From contig NC_086097.1 of the NCBI RefSeq assembly GCF_963921235.1, forward strand, positions 188,420,001 through 188,484,000: a DNA stretch of 64,000 nt, in the 5' to 3' direction. Position 1 is the stretch's first letter. Every line of letters begins with the position of its first letter. Under the pieces are notes generated by a model. It had not been told where the DNA came from and made no database searches. It saw only the letters and a program-made list of their open reading frames with translations. The position numbers and the translations under genes were made by a program. The DNA comes from Mobula hypostoma (taxonomy: Eukaryota). Shown piece by piece: positions 12,078 to 25,999 of this stretch.

Positions 12078-13590
12078 CAGGTGTCCCCCGCTTTTCGAAC
12101 GTTCGCTTTACGAAACCTCACTGTTATGAAAGACCTACATTAGTACCCTGTTTTCGCTTTCAGAAGCTGTTTTCACTGTTACGAGAAAAAAGCAGCACAT
12201 GGAGAAAATCAGCACGTGAAAAAATCAGCACACGATAAAAAGCAGCGCGCGCCCCGAGCAGCTGCTCTCCCCGGATTCGGAACTGCATTCTTGCCGGTGT
12301 TGCTTTAACACGAGCCTGTGAGCATTCGTTTGCAAGATGAGTTCTAAGGTATTGGAAAAGCCTAAAAGAGCTCGTAAGGGTGTTACACTTAGCGTAAAAC
12401 TAGACATAATTAAGCGTTTTGATTGTGGTGAACGAAGTAAGGACTAAGTGAGTTTGGCTTGTGGAAGTTGACGAACATGATGTTGAAGAGGTTTTGGCAT
12501 CCCATGACCAAGAACTGATAGATGAAGAGCTGATGCAATTGGAAGAGGAAAGGATAACAATCGAAACCGAATGCAGTAGCGAACGGGCTGAAAGTGACTG
12601 CGTGAGATTTTCGCTGCAATGATAAAGTACGACTTTAATTTTGAAAGGGTACATAGGTTTAGGGGATATTTGCAGGATGGTTTGAGTCCTTATAAAGAAC
12701 TGTGTGATAGAAAAATGCGCGAGGCTCAGCAGTCAAGCAAGCCTTCCGCATCAGCCACAGCAGACGATGAACCTTGACCTTCGACATCAAGGCAGGTAGT
12801 CATAGGAGAAGATGAGCTGCCTGCTCTAATGGAAACAGACGACGAGATGACACCCCAGTGTCCCACCACCCCGCGATTCGCGGAGAATGCAGCGGTAGCC
12901 GGGAGGCACACAGCACATCTTTAAGAAAAAGGCCGAAATAAACATGCTAATTAATTAGGTGCTGCTCGACATGTAATTAATTAGCATGTTTATTTCGGCT
13001 TTTCTTGTAAAGATGTGCTGGATGCCTCCTGGTTACTGCTGCACCCCTGCATGCTTCACGGTTCGGTATCTGTCGGCGGCCTGAAGGGTGGGGGCCACTG
13101 CACCACCCAACCTGCGACGACTCAGTCTAATACACCATCATCGGTGTGCTCGGCACTGAACCAATTCCGGTAAGTGATACTACACTGTACATACATTATT
13201 TCTACTTTATATAGGCTGTGTATTTTTACGTGTTATTTGGTATGATTTGGCAGCTTAAAGGTCACTGGAGAGCGTTTGCACCGTGTTTTTGCCAACAGCG
13301 CTTGCGTGAGATTTTCGCTACAGAGAACAGTTCAGTAATGATTGTGGAAAAGTATTTCTACTTTATATAGGCTGTGCATTTATCATATCATTCCTGCTTT
13401 TACTATATGTTACTGTTATTTTAGGTTTTATGTGTTATTTGGCAAGATTTGATAGGTTATTTTTGGGTCTGCGAACGCTCACAAATCTTTCCCATATAAA
13501 TAAATGGTAATTGCTTCTTTGCTTTACGACATTTCGGCTTACGAACCATTTCATAGGAACACTCTACCTTCAGATGGCGGAGGAAACCTG
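12078..13590 (+). mobile_element. Tigger/pogo-type non-autonomous transposon
   Basis: TA TSD; TIR CAGGTGTCCCCCGC / GCGGAGGAAACCTG; transposase remnants MSSKVLEKPKRARKGVTLSVKLDIIKRF and DVEEVLASHDQELIDEELMQLEEE. Confidence 0.88.
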
Positions 13591-14417
13591 TATTCAAATT
13601 AATTTATGCTGATAATGCAAAGGAAATATCTGATTTCTAAAGGTTAGACTAAGAACTTAAAAGCTTAAATGATATTGTATGTTTCCTAAACATATCCATT
13701 TTGCTTACACAGGAATATCATTAATATGAAAAGAAGAATTTTATGTGGGAGAATTGCATTTTCCAGGGAAGAAAAGTAAAGACTAAATTAGGAGTTTATA
13801 ATTTTCCCAATGTAATTAAACACATGAATGCTGTTTGGGGAAGCAGACATTTTATACTGCTTTAGAATCTTCAGTTGTTCCAACTCCTTCCATAATCCAA
13901 ACACATCCCTTGGGCAAGGAAAACCTTCAGAGGATACTCAGCTGTTTGTAAATGGTCCGGATCGATGGGGAAAGAGTTGGTCAAGCTCTGCCCTGTCACG
14001 AAAGTGGAGGGCACAAGAGGTTCAGAGAGAGTAGAAAGTAGGCCATCTTAAAGTAGTAATCTATCATGAAGTTGATATCACCAATCAATTCATTCTCTGT
14101 GGCTTAGCAATCCAGGCTCTTCTAAAGAGAATGAAAAACACCAAAACATCATTTTAAAAATCTATTGCAAAGGTAGACTATGATACCTACTAATATCGTG
14201 TTTATCTCTCACTGAAATAGTAATAGCCTAATTTATTTCAAACAGAAGCAATTGTACTTTGATATGAACCTTAACCTTGAATGGTAATAAGATCAGTAAA
14301 AAAGATTTTGAGTAAACACAATAAACTATAATCATTCGTACATAATGAGGACATTCCATGAAGTGTGATCATATACTGTATATTGATATGGAATGTCTTC
14401 TATTGCAAAGTCTTTCA

Positions 14418-14516
<99 letters not shown>

Positions 14517-14637
14517 CTAGAATCCCAAATAAAACCAAACACTGCATATTATTTCTGAATATAAAATTTCACACTGTAAATTATATCTTCCAGAAGAACT
14601 TATTAGCAATGTGTTTTTATAAAAAGTTGTGCATTAC

Positions 14638-14709
14638 CTTTTTATCTAGTTTACGAGCTTGAACTTCAAAGTTAACCACTCGGTTATCTTTTACTTCTTC
14701 TGCAAAAAT
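14638..14709 (-). CDS. cpne3: Copine gene A, coding exon 4 (IFAEEVKDNRVVNFEVQARKLDKK)
   Basis: 72 nt, CTCTAG / GTAATG; copine-3 linker. Confidence 0.94.
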
Positions 14710-15129
14710 CTAGAGAAAGCAAAGCCAATGAAATTTACTAAAAAGGCACATTAGCTTTCAATCTTCTTACTTTAGATTAATCAATTAATAAATCTTTTGG
14801 CTCCAGGATGAATGCACTTTAGAGTTAATTCAGAAAATCTATTCCCAGACAACCCGCTGTACTACTCATCATTTGATTAAATGGAAGATAAATTCAGGCA
14901 TGGCCTCCAAACTACTCTCCTCTCCATTCAGCTCTTCCTCACAAAGTAGAGAGGTCAGGAATTCAACCGATAGAACAGGATACAAGTGCTTGGCTGCGTA
15001 ATGCCCTTCTAACATAAATGCATTGTTGCATCCACATTACCCTAAGTTGCTTCACAAAGTTACTTTATCATTGCTACAGAAGACATCAAGAACCAGGCCT
15101 GGTGTGAAACAACAGAAGAGGTTGTACAC

Positions 15130-15705
15130 CTGAGACCACACTTGGAGTATTGTGTGCAGTTTTGGGCTCCTTATTTTGGAAAAGATATACTGACATTGGA
15201 GAGGGTTCAGAAAAGATTCACGAGAATGATTCCAGGAATGAAAGGGTTACCGTATGAGGAACGCCTGGCAGCTCTTGGGTTGTATTCCCTGGAGTTCAGG
15301 AGAATGAAAGGGAAATCTCATAGAAACATTCTGAATGTTAAAAAGCCTGAACAGATTCTAGATACCAAAGTTATTTCCCATGATAGGCAAGTCAAGAACA
15401 AGAGGCCATGACTTCAGGATTGAAGGATGTCCATTTAGAACATGATGTGATGAGGAGAAATTACTTTAGTCAGAGGGTGGTAAATCTGTAGAATTTATTG
15501 CCACAAGTGGCTGTGGAGGCCAAGTCACTGGGTGCACTTAAGGCAGAGATACATAGGTTCTTGATTATCCAGGGCATCAAAGGGTATGGGGAGAAGGCAG
15601 AGGAGTGGGGGTGACTGGAAGAATTAGGTCAGCCCATGATTGAATGGCGGAGCAGACTCAATGGGCCAAATGGCCTACTACTGCTCCTATATCTTATGGT
15701 CTTAG
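15130..15705 (+). mobile_element. CR1 3' fragment
   Basis: LEYCVQFWAPY...LERVQKRFTRMIPG; tail CCTATATCTTATGGTCTT. Confidence 0.9.
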
Positions 15706-16890
15706 AGGTAGAGAATTATACCCCCAGGGAGAGGGAGCAGAGGTGGTTGATGAAGCTGAAGTAAATTCAACAGCCGTTGCACAGATGGAGGAGGAGATAA
15801 AGCAGGTGGGCAGCTTGGCAGGCCACAGTGCACTCCTTTGGCTGATTTAACTGCCACTTCCAGTGAATAGATTCAAGGTTCTCAACAATACTCCAAGTAC
15901 TCCTCCTCTATTGTTAACAGTCATGGACTAGTGATTCCCATGAAGCATTTGGGGATCTTTAAAAAAAACAGAGGCATTGAGAACATCCTTGAATCTTTTA
16001 TTATGGCCTTGGAATAGATGGTGGTGAATTTAATTACTGATGCCTGCCTTAATTGTGAGATGGTGCTCAAGATATGGAAAGTATTCCACATTTTAACGCC
16101 TTAGGCACATAACCCATTTTCTCTCAAAAGCTTCTGTGAGCAAGTAGACAACCACTTGACAGGTCAGCTTGCAAAAGCACCCATACACACAAGCCTTGTT
16201 TGCATATTATTACTTCAGTCATAAAATGCATTTTATCTGTCCAACAGATTAGAACAGATCTGGATGAAACACACATTTCAATGAAATAGAAAGGGTAATA
16301 CTGAGTTTGACAACAGTCTGTGTGAAGATTGTGTCTGCTGTAAACGTATTGGTTAAGATTACAACTTGATGTACGATGGGGGTGAATTTCTTTGAGCAGT
16401 CAAAATTCAGGATGCTCTATAGAGCCTTGTGTTTGAGGATGCCAATGGCTTTTGTAAAGTAAAAACAAATGATGTGATGATGTATAGAGATCACTGCTAA
16501 TCCCTGATGGTAATATGATCAACGACTCTGGTCCTTATAAAGAGCATTCCACTCTACTTCATAGCTAAACAACTTCCTTAAAATATTGTTAATGCAACAC
16601 TTTTAAAGGTTTTGGCCCTTCTCACTTAAATTTTCTTCTTTATTTGCTAGGTGATTGCGTTTAATGCACAATTAATGTTAGTAATAAAAAAAAATTTCTT
16701 ACACAACTAACCTTTTACCAATTGGCAAAGGGACCCAAATGTCCTGAAATAACATGATAACCAACCTGACCCTGAATTTTTCCAAGGAACCAGCATTAAG
16801 GCCAGTTTGAATGAAGAATACCAGCAGTAAAACAGAGCATCATTAATTTTGGAGTTGATCACTAATCTCTAGCAAGATTTGAGTCTGTAC

Positions 16891-16965
16891 CGTGATTGTT
16901 CCTTTTCCTGCCGCTTTCCCATTGTGCAGCGTTAGAGGTCTGGTCAATTTCTTGCTGGAGACAAT
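16891..16965 (-). CDS. cpne3: Copine gene A, coding exon 3 ([25 protein letters not shown])
   Basis: 75 nt, CACAG / [17 protein letters not shown] as in CPNE3. Confidence 0.94.
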
Positions 16966-17849
16966 CTGTGAAAGAATTCAAGTTTGTATTAACATATTGT
17001 CAAAAGTATAAGATCCAAGAAAATAAACTAAATTAAAAGGTGATCCAATTTTCCTCAAAAGTGGATTTTCCTCAAGCAGATGTATTTATTTGAAACTTAG
17101 CCACGGCAGGAGCTCAAAATGTTCACATAGATTAGCTTCTACACATTGTCTTTGAAATTCTGTTGCAGTATCAGAGGAAGAGTAGTACAATGCACCAATG
17201 TTGAATATTTAATGCTACCAACTGGAAATGAGTTTCTTGATATACAAATTGACTTTGAAGATAACATAAACAAATCAGTATTTCTAGAAATACAAGGGTT
17301 CTGATTACCACGTACTCCATTAGGATTCCTCCAAAATCTTCACATATTCCGCACCAGTGCACTAGGCATCCAATGTCATGCTACTGACCCATTTTCTTAC
17401 CAATTTCTTTGAGGTTCTAACTTGAAATCATTAAAAAACCAGAATAGTAAAAATAAAATTATTTTATAGCTATATAAATACCACTTTTAAGATATACCAC
17501 CCTCTGTCAACAGAGAAGGGATTTATAGTTAAAAAAATAGCATATCTTAAAACTTCATTATATAAATCTTAGAGTATTGATAACATTTCTTGCATTAACT
17601 TAATAAAATAGAAGTCCTTCATTGATTGGCCCTAAATACAAATTCAATCGCTTACATTAATATATATTTTTTTAAATGCTTCAAATTCTGCAAACCTGAA
17701 ATTAAAATAAAATGCTGGAAACACTCAGCAGGTCAGGTAGCATCTGAGAAATGAGAAACTGAGCTTAAACTCCAGATCCAAGACTCTTCATCTGAACCTA
17801 ATCCACTTGAGTAGTTTAAAGAATAAATAAACAAAATAATTGCATTTAC

Positions 17850-18029
17850 CTGACCCAAGGTGCATTCAAATTCTCCCAGAAAGTCATCATCACCCAGATC
17901 AAAAGTTTCATTATCAATATCATAGACGCCAAATTTCAACTTCTGGACTTGTTCAAAATAATAATCAATCAGAAATTTCTTAGAAAATTTTGGATCGAGG
18001 CAATTCTTAACCATTTCTGTACGACCAAT
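17850..18029 (-). CDS. cpne3: Copine gene A, coding exon 2 ([60 protein letters not shown])
   Basis: 180 nt, CCTAG / GTAAAT; C2A domain with YDID...DDDFLG. Confidence 0.96.
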
Positions 18030-18229
18030 CTAGGAAAGACAAAGATCAATGAACTATTCAATTACTTACACATCAGAATATGCAATCTGAAATCCATCAA
18101 GGAAGAGAGGAAAAAAAAATAAGCAGTAACACAAGTTTCAAACTAGTTGCAACTTCAGTAAAAGACCTAAGCAACAATCACATATCAGATCAATTCAAAG
18201 GCAAGATATTAGCATGATCTTCTGGCAAG

Positions 18230-18650
18230 GCCAGCTGCAGATCCATACTCACATCATTCTACAGATATGCAGGAGGGCGCATTCTAACAAGCTGCATCAC
18301 TGTTTGGAACAAAAACTGGCCTGGAGTGGACAGGAAGGCTCTACAATGGGTAGTCAAAATTGCCCATTGCAGGACCACCAGAATCAATAACAGTTACCAA
18401 GCTATAAGACTGATCAACACTTCCACCAACTAACTCTGCCACTACTTTATTATTTCCTGCCAGTCACCTTATGGACATACAGTCAATCTATGCATATAAA
18501 CTACCTTACGTATTTATATTTCTTACATGTTGTTAGTTTTATTATTGTGTTCTTTATCTTTCGTGCTGCATCGGATCCAGAGTAACATTTATTTCATTCT
18601 CCTTATACTTGTGTACAGGAGAGGAAATTAAACAGTCTGAAATCTTGAAT
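18230..18650 (+). mobile_element. Rex-Babar-like LINE 3' fragment
   Basis: Similar to 38470-39315; TCTTGAATC tail. Confidence 0.6.
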
Positions 18651-18965
18651 CAGTAAAAGCTCAAAAGCGTAGCTTTTGTATAAATATCGGTGAAAAGTGG
18701 GAAGTAAAACTACTGAAATTCAAGATGTAGCATTAGTGTCCAATGTGCATATTTTAATACATTTTCATTTCCAACGTGAAGTAAATAATCAATTTTAAAA
18801 TGCAGCTGCAAACACACAGACATGCCTTCTATCACTGTAGTCTATTGTACAGTCTTTCTAATTAACAGCTGGCTAAAAAATAAGCCTGTATCACTTTTAC
18901 ATGGTTAGCAATCTACATAAATAAAGGTAAATGCTAATAATTTTCTTTAGAATGTGCATCCATTA

Positions 18966-19259
<294 letters not shown>

Positions 19260-19597
19260 TTACCATTACTAAGTCTTTGTGAACTTCAGTCCTCTTTTTA
19301 AGTACATGATTAAAATATGGAGCACATTTTGTAACAGTAATATGTTAACTTCTATCAGAAATAATCAGAACCTTTTTTCTTTCAGATTGAACATTCTCTG
19401 TTTCACTGAATGAGATGATTATGAACTGGGATTCAAACACCCATTTGTCCCAGAAATCAATTCCACACCAGCTGGGAGCTCATTGAAGGGGAGGTGCAAC
19501 TTGATAATGAAAGTTGAAAAAACGTGTCAGAATAATGACAGCCATGTTTCACTTATATCAGCATTAAAACGGACTGTCTTTTGAACCAATTGTTTAG

Positions 19598-20140
19598 ATC
19601 AGGATCAGAATCAGGTTTAACATCACCGGCAAATGTCGTGAATTGTTTTAACTTTATGGCACCAGTACTATGACATACGTGATAAATATATAGAGAAAAA
19701 CTGAATTCCAGTAAATACATGTCTATTAAATAGTTAAATTAAAATAAGCAGTGCAAAAAAAAACAGAAATAAAAAAGTAGTGAGGTAGTGTTCATGGGTT
19801 CAATGTCCATTTAGAAATCAGGTGGCAGAGCAGAAGAACTGTTTCTGAATAACTGAGTGTGTGCCTTCACGCTTCTGTACCTCCTTCCTGATGGTAACAA
19901 TGAGAAGAGGGCATATTCTGGCTGGTGGAAGTCCTTAATGATGGATGCTGCCTTCCCAGACATCACTTCTTTGAGGCGTCTTGGACACTATGGAGGCTAG
20001 TACCCGTGATGGAGCTGACTAATTTTGCAAGTTACTTCGATCTTGTGCAGTAGCCCTCCCCCCACCCCTCACACCAGACAGTGATGCAGCCAGTCAGAAT
20101 GCTGTCCACGGTAATTTTGTAGAAGGTTTCAAGTGCTTGC
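19598..20140 (-). mobile_element. Rex-Babar-like LINE 3' fragment
   Basis: (ATCAGA)n tail; reverse complement encodes LPSGRRYRS. Confidence 0.75.
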
Positions 20141-20199
20141 AAATCATCATGCAGCAAACACAAAAAGATGAATTTTCACCAGCAGCCGAATATGAGAAC

Positions 20200-20700
20200 A
20201 GTTCTCCGCAAAACTGCTGACTGAGAGTACAAGACTTTAGTAATGTCAAATAAGTGAATCATGCACTAATTGGAGCAGCTCCTCCCAGTCCTCTTGGAAC
20301 TGCCATGGTACATATCATGTCCAGTGTGCCTTTCGGACGATCAAATTCATACTTTGGTTCAAAAAGCAGCTCTTCAGTATCTATGAGGTGGTGAATGTAG
20401 ACGACCCCGACAATTGCTTTCCCTGTCATAGGCAGAAAAGGTCTCCACTGTTGGATATCTTTTTTCAAGATGGTCCCAATTATAACAACTCTGAGAGCCT
20501 GAAACATGCAGCCCAGTTACGTATGAGGATGCTGTGGAACTCTGGCTGATTGAAACACATACTATAAAGAATCATGAAGAGACCACTTCCTACATTTGAT
20601 GATATAGCTGATAAAAATTCATATTCACCTTTTGTGCTCCTGCACAACTTTTGACCATCTGAGGTAAAAAAAATGTTTGAATATCAAGTCCCTCTACCAG
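20200..20700 (-). mobile_element. Decayed RTE-like reverse transcriptase fragment
   Basis: EELLFEPKYEFDRPKGTLDMICT resembles the RTE motif ESQCGFRxxRSTxDMIF. Confidence 0.4.
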
Positions 20701-20828
20701 TGACAGTGACATCACACCTCCTGAGACATCAACTGCACCCAGCAAACTCATTTAACAAAGATCACTGACTCCCAAGTGTCCCTGTCCAACAACACCATTC
20801 AAGTTCATTGTCATCTGACTGTACATAT

Positions 20829-21574
20829 TGTTACAACTTTGTAATGTACCAGCAGCAAGGGATGACAAATTGAGTTGGGTTTAAATATTAAAACCACTAT
20901 ATTTATTTACATCTATTCAAAAATATAGAAAAAAAAACAAACTACTTTCTTAAACAGAAGTTAACAGCGTTATGCATCTATAGCTGCCTTATAGTCAAAC
21001 ATAGATCCCGTTCTTAACAAATCTCATAGTCTTATAGTGGCAGTCCAGAGAGTCCCAGTAATTCATGAAATAGGTGAGAGGAGAGATTTGTGGATTCATA
21101 GTGTAGTGACAAGGCGATCACGGCGAATTCCATAGATTCCACGGCTAGCAAACAAGAAGCAGTTACCGAAGATCCTAGCCGAGGAATACTCTTCTGAAGT
21201 TCATGAAGAGCGATTTCACAAAGTGACTGTCATGAAATCCACACCCATGGATCATACGAAGGACAGACACGTCTCTACAATGCACAGTGTGCCGCTGATT
21301 AGCCAATCTTTGGGTATGAGTAAGCATTAGACTTTACCCTTCTCAATCGTGAGCTGTTTCCGGATAGCTCGAAGTGCAGTCTTCACTCTCTCTCTCTTTC
21401 CTTCGACTCCTCGACTCCTTCTCAGCACTGTCCACATTTCTTTTATACCGTCATAAGGTAATGCTCACAGAAACGAAACTGTGGACCCTCAGTAAAATGA
21501 ATCTGGGGACACGTAACACCCACAGTAAACGTAACTATGGACTTCCAGGAAAACGAAACTGTGGACACGTAACA
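20829..21574 (-). mobile_element. Solo LTR inserted into a Rex-Babar tail
   Basis: TGTTAC...GTAACA inverted termini; perfect 4-bp TSD ATAT (20825-20828, 21575-21578). Confidence 0.8.
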
Positions 21575-22640
21575 ATATATACAACCAAACAAAACACCGT
21601 GCTTCTGGACCACAATTCACCCACACAAAGTATATCACACACAGCATATAAACCAAAATATTACACTACAAGTTAATTTATAAAATATAATTCAAAATGC
21701 ATGTAGAAAAGCACAACACAGGTAAACAGCACAGTAAATAGCTCACTGTCCTAGTGACAAGATCTCCATGGTGATAGGGGATTCATTAGTCTCGCATTCT
21801 GAGGGAAGAAGCTGTTAGCCAAACTGGCAGTCCTAGGCCTGATGCTTCTGTACCTCTTTCTTGACGGTAGTGGGTCAGAGACTGCAGGATGGGTGGTAGA
21901 AGGATGCTTGGGTCCTTCATCTGCAACATTCCAAGTAAATGTCGCAAATAGGGGTGAGGGAAACCCCAGTGATCCGCTTAGCACTGATTACTGTCCTCCG
22001 TATGATCGTGCAGTCCAATGCCTTGCAGCTTCCATACCACACGATGATCCAGCCAGACAGGACATTTCCAATGGTCCTCCAGTTGAAAGTTGTTAGAATG
22101 GGGGCAGGGCACCTTGCACGCCTGAATCTCCTCAGGAAGTGTAGAAGCTGCTGTGTCTTCTTGACTAGTAAGGTGGTGATGTGGGTCCAGGTTACATAGC
22201 CTGTCATGTGCTTTCAAGGAACTTTGTGCTCTTCTCTCTCCCCACGACAGAGCCAATGATGTGCAATAGAGCGTGTTGACCCGTGCCTTCCTAAAGTCCA
22301 CAATCAATTCTTTTGTCTTGTTCATGTTGAGACTCAAGTTGTTGTTCTAACACCATTTGCCAAGCCTCTCGACCTTCTCTCTGTATGTCCACTCATCATT
22401 GTTGCCGATGAGGCCAACCACTGTAATATCATCAGGGAACTTGATGATGCAGTTTGAGCTGGATCTGGCAGAGCAGTCATGAGTCAGCAGCGTGAACAGC
22501 AGCAGGGTGAGCACACAACCCTGGGGGGTGGTACCAGTGCTCAGCATCATGGTGCTTCAGATGATGCTGCCAACTTGGACTGACTGGGGTCTTTCCATTA
22601 AGAAGTCCAAGATCCAGTTACAGGGAGGGATGATGAATGG
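21575..22640 (-). mobile_element. Rex-Babar-like LINE (RT and 3' end); tail continues at about 20795-20828
   Basis: LSTGTTPQGCVL...IIKFPDD, KTKELIVDFRK, KKTQQLLHFLRR. Confidence 0.88.
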
Positions 22641-22737
22641 TGGAGACAAGGAGCTTTGAAGCAGAAGCGTATTAACTAAGAAACTACCCACCTGCAGTTG
22701 TGGGACAGGAATACTCAGGTATCATTTGGACTGCTTA

Positions 22738-23041
22738 TATGATAGGCATCTGTTAGTCTCGCGAGACCATGGATTTGCTCCTTGGAAGGTTTCCAGGGCA
22801 CAGGCCTGGGCAAGGTTGTATGGAATACTGGCAATTGCCCATGCTGCAGATCTCCCCTCTCCATGCTACCCATGTTGTCCAAGAGAAGGGCACTAGGGCC
22901 AATACAGCTTGGCACCAGTGTCATCGCAGAGCAATGTGTGGTTAAGTGCCTTGCTCAGGGACACAACATGCTGCCTCAGCTGAGGCTCCAACTAGCGACC
23001 TTCAGATCACTAGACCGACACCTTAACCACTTGGCCACGTG
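22738..23041 (-). mobile_element. tRNA-derived SINE with the same head as the 5216 family but a different tail
   Basis: GTGGCCAAGTGGTTAAGG...GTCCCTGAGCAAGGCACTTAACCACACA, followed by sequence homologous to 770-950. Confidence 0.8.
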
Positions 23042-24274
23042 CCAACTTTGGACTATTACGCTTTTTAGAAAATAGTTTCTCCTTTTTCTGTCCATTTATA
23101 ATCATTTTCGGTGTGATAGACTCCGAGTAGAGTGTCCATTTTTGGAGTATGGTGACTGGAATATGAATAATGTGACCAAACCAATGGACCTGGCAGTGAA
23201 ATTACAGCCTCAATGCTGGGGATACAGAACAGAATAGGAATAGGCCTTTCAGCCCACAACGTCATGCCAGATAATGATGTCTACTTAATGTCGTCTCCCT
23301 GCACATAGTCCACATGCCTCCATTCTCTGCATATTCATATGTCAATCTGAGAGGCTCTTAAATGCCTCCATCATATCTGCCTCCACAACGGACCCATCAA
23401 TAACTTTAGAGCTTGCAGAAATGGAAGTCAATCTTTATCCCAAATCCAACACTCATACAATCATGCTCTCAAAAAAAGTCTCAGAAAGTAATAAAAATAA
23501 TTAGAAGCATATAAAGTGCCTCACAAATCTAAAATGTTTCTTAAAAACCTCCATAATAACTCTCTTTCTATTAGCAAATTCTGGCCGATAACCAACAATT
23601 TAATATGACTGCATATAGACTGTTTGCTGTACAGTCATGCTTTTAGGGAGTAGGTAAGGAGGTGGGAGACCATTGCCGCAGTGTTTGTTTTCAGTCATTT
23701 ATACATCAAACGGTGCGCAGAAAATTGTATCACCAGACATATGTCACTGTCATCAACAAACAAGTCCATTAATTTGTGGATTAAAATCCCTTCTTTAAGT
23801 TTAACTTACCGGCTGCTGAAACAAATTTGTGATTTATAAAATCTCAACTGTTACTGTACAATTTTTTTTTTAAAAATCAACTCATTCTTATTGGACTTCC
23901 TGCAAAATCCTTGCAGTTCTTAGGGTCATGATACTCCATGATAATTCAAAGATTCTGAATCCATAACAGTGGATGAATAGAAGTATAGCTTTGAATTAAA
24001 GTAATTTTGCTTTGGAAAGAAACTTGGAAGGAGGTCATCCACAACAGCTGAACAGCTGTTCTTCCTGCATGATTCAATTTGGTTGGGACAATATGTGAGC
24101 ATCTGTACTACCAGAGCTGGTCCAAAGAACATAATCATCTTGTTCTGATCAATGTGTAGACATTCTCCAGGTTACATAACGGTTCCAAGAACTGACGTAA
24201 CCCAAAGCTTATCCAAGTCTGAAATGTTGGTGGCAGATATCACAGAAATTGCATAGGTTAATTACCTTGAGATT

Positions 24275-25900
24275 AGAACAGAGAACATAGAACAGGCTCT
24301 TTGGCCTACTTTGTTGTGATGATCTCATCAAATGCCCAACTAAACTAACCACTTCTGCCTACACAATGTCCAGTTCCCATCATCCTCTGCAAATTCATGT
24401 GCCTATCTAAGAGCCTCCTGAGTGTTTCCATCACATTTGCCTCTACCACCATCCCGGGCAGCGCATTCCAGGCAGCCAGCATTCATATCAAAACCTTGCC
24501 ACACACACCTCCTTTGAACTTAACCTCTCTGAAATTAAATCCATGGCTTCTGGTATTAATGTTGCAACACTAGGAAAATGATACTGGCTACCTACTGTAT
24601 CTATGTTTCTCAAGATCTTCTAACAGATTTCTTAGCTTCCACTGCTCCAGTGAAAACAAACTAAGCTTGTCTAACCTCTCCTTATAACACTTTAATCCAG
24701 GTAGCATCCTTGTAAACCTCTTCTATACCCTTTCCAAAACCTCCACATCCTTCCTATAATGGGGAAACCAGACTCAATGCAATATTCCAGATGCAAGCTA
24801 ACTAGATGCAGCAAAACCTAAACTTGCAAAGACAAGTATGGCTAACACAAGGGGGCATAGTTGTAAATGACTAACATGAGGGGACATAGTTTTAAGGTGC
24901 TTGAAACCTTCATTTTAGGTACCGAGAAGATATCAGGGTTAGGTTTTTCCAGACAGAGAGTGGTGGGTGCGTGGAAGGCACTGCCGGTGGTGGAAGAGGA
25001 TACAATAGGGTCTTTTAAGAGCCTCTTGGATAGGTACATGGAGCTTAAAAAAAAATAGAGGACTATGCGCTAGGGAAATTCTAGGCAGTTTCTAGAGTAG
25101 GTTACATGGTCGGCACAACATTGTGGGCTGAAGGGCCTGTAATGTGCTATAGATTTCTATGTTCTATGTCCTATGCCTTTTTTTTTTACCACCCCATCAA
25201 CCTGTGCATCCATTTTCAGGGAGCTTTGGACTTGGACCCCAGGATCCCTCGGCACATCAATATTGTCACGGGTCTTCCCATGAACAGTATACTGTCTCTT
25301 TACATTTGCTCTCCCAAAGTGCAATACCTCACATTTGGCCAGGATAACTCCATCTGCTATTTTTTTTTACCCACATCTGTAACTGACCTATACCGTGCTG
25401 TATCCTTTGCAATGCTCTACATCACCAACCTTAATATCGTCTGTATCTTTGTACTAAAATATGTATCGCAGACAGCAGGGGCTCCAGTAGAGATCCCTGC
25501 AGAACAATGGTCTCAGACCTCCAGCCTTCATCAATCACTTTCTGCACCTCATCAAAAAACTCAATCAAGTTAGTAAGACATGGCTTGCCATGCACAATGT
25601 CAAGGTAACTGCCCTAATTAGGTCATGGTTTTCCAAACGCTCATAAATCCTATCCCTAAGAACTCTCTCCAGTAATGCCCCTACTCACTGGTATATACAG
25701 AAGTTTCCAGGATTATCCTTACTGCCCTTCTTGAATAATGGAACAACATTAGCTATTCACCAGTCCTCCAAAATCTCACTTATGACTGGAAAGGGCATGA
25801 AAATTGCATCAGTCAAGGCCACAACAAATCCATCTTTTGCCCCTCACAATAACCTTGGGTATAACCCAGCAAACCCTGAGGATTTACCTATCTCTGAGGA
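24275..25900 (-). mobile_element. Older CR1 fragment interrupted by a younger plus-strand CR1 3' end (about 24850-25170)
   Basis: Reverse-complement CR1 on both sides; the insert has SRQRVVGAWKALP and a TTCTATG tail like 2305-2720. Confidence 0.75.
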
Positions 25901-25999
25901 GTCAGGTGAGTGAGCTTCCCCCCAGCTCCATTTTAACCAATTTTTACAGGAGCCCCATTGAGACTGCCCTGACCTACTGAATCACCATCTGATACGGAA

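Noticed and set aside
21470..21574. Short spaced direct repeats that might suggest a CRISPR-like array
   Set aside because: Irregular, few units, and located in an LTR end in eukaryotic DNA
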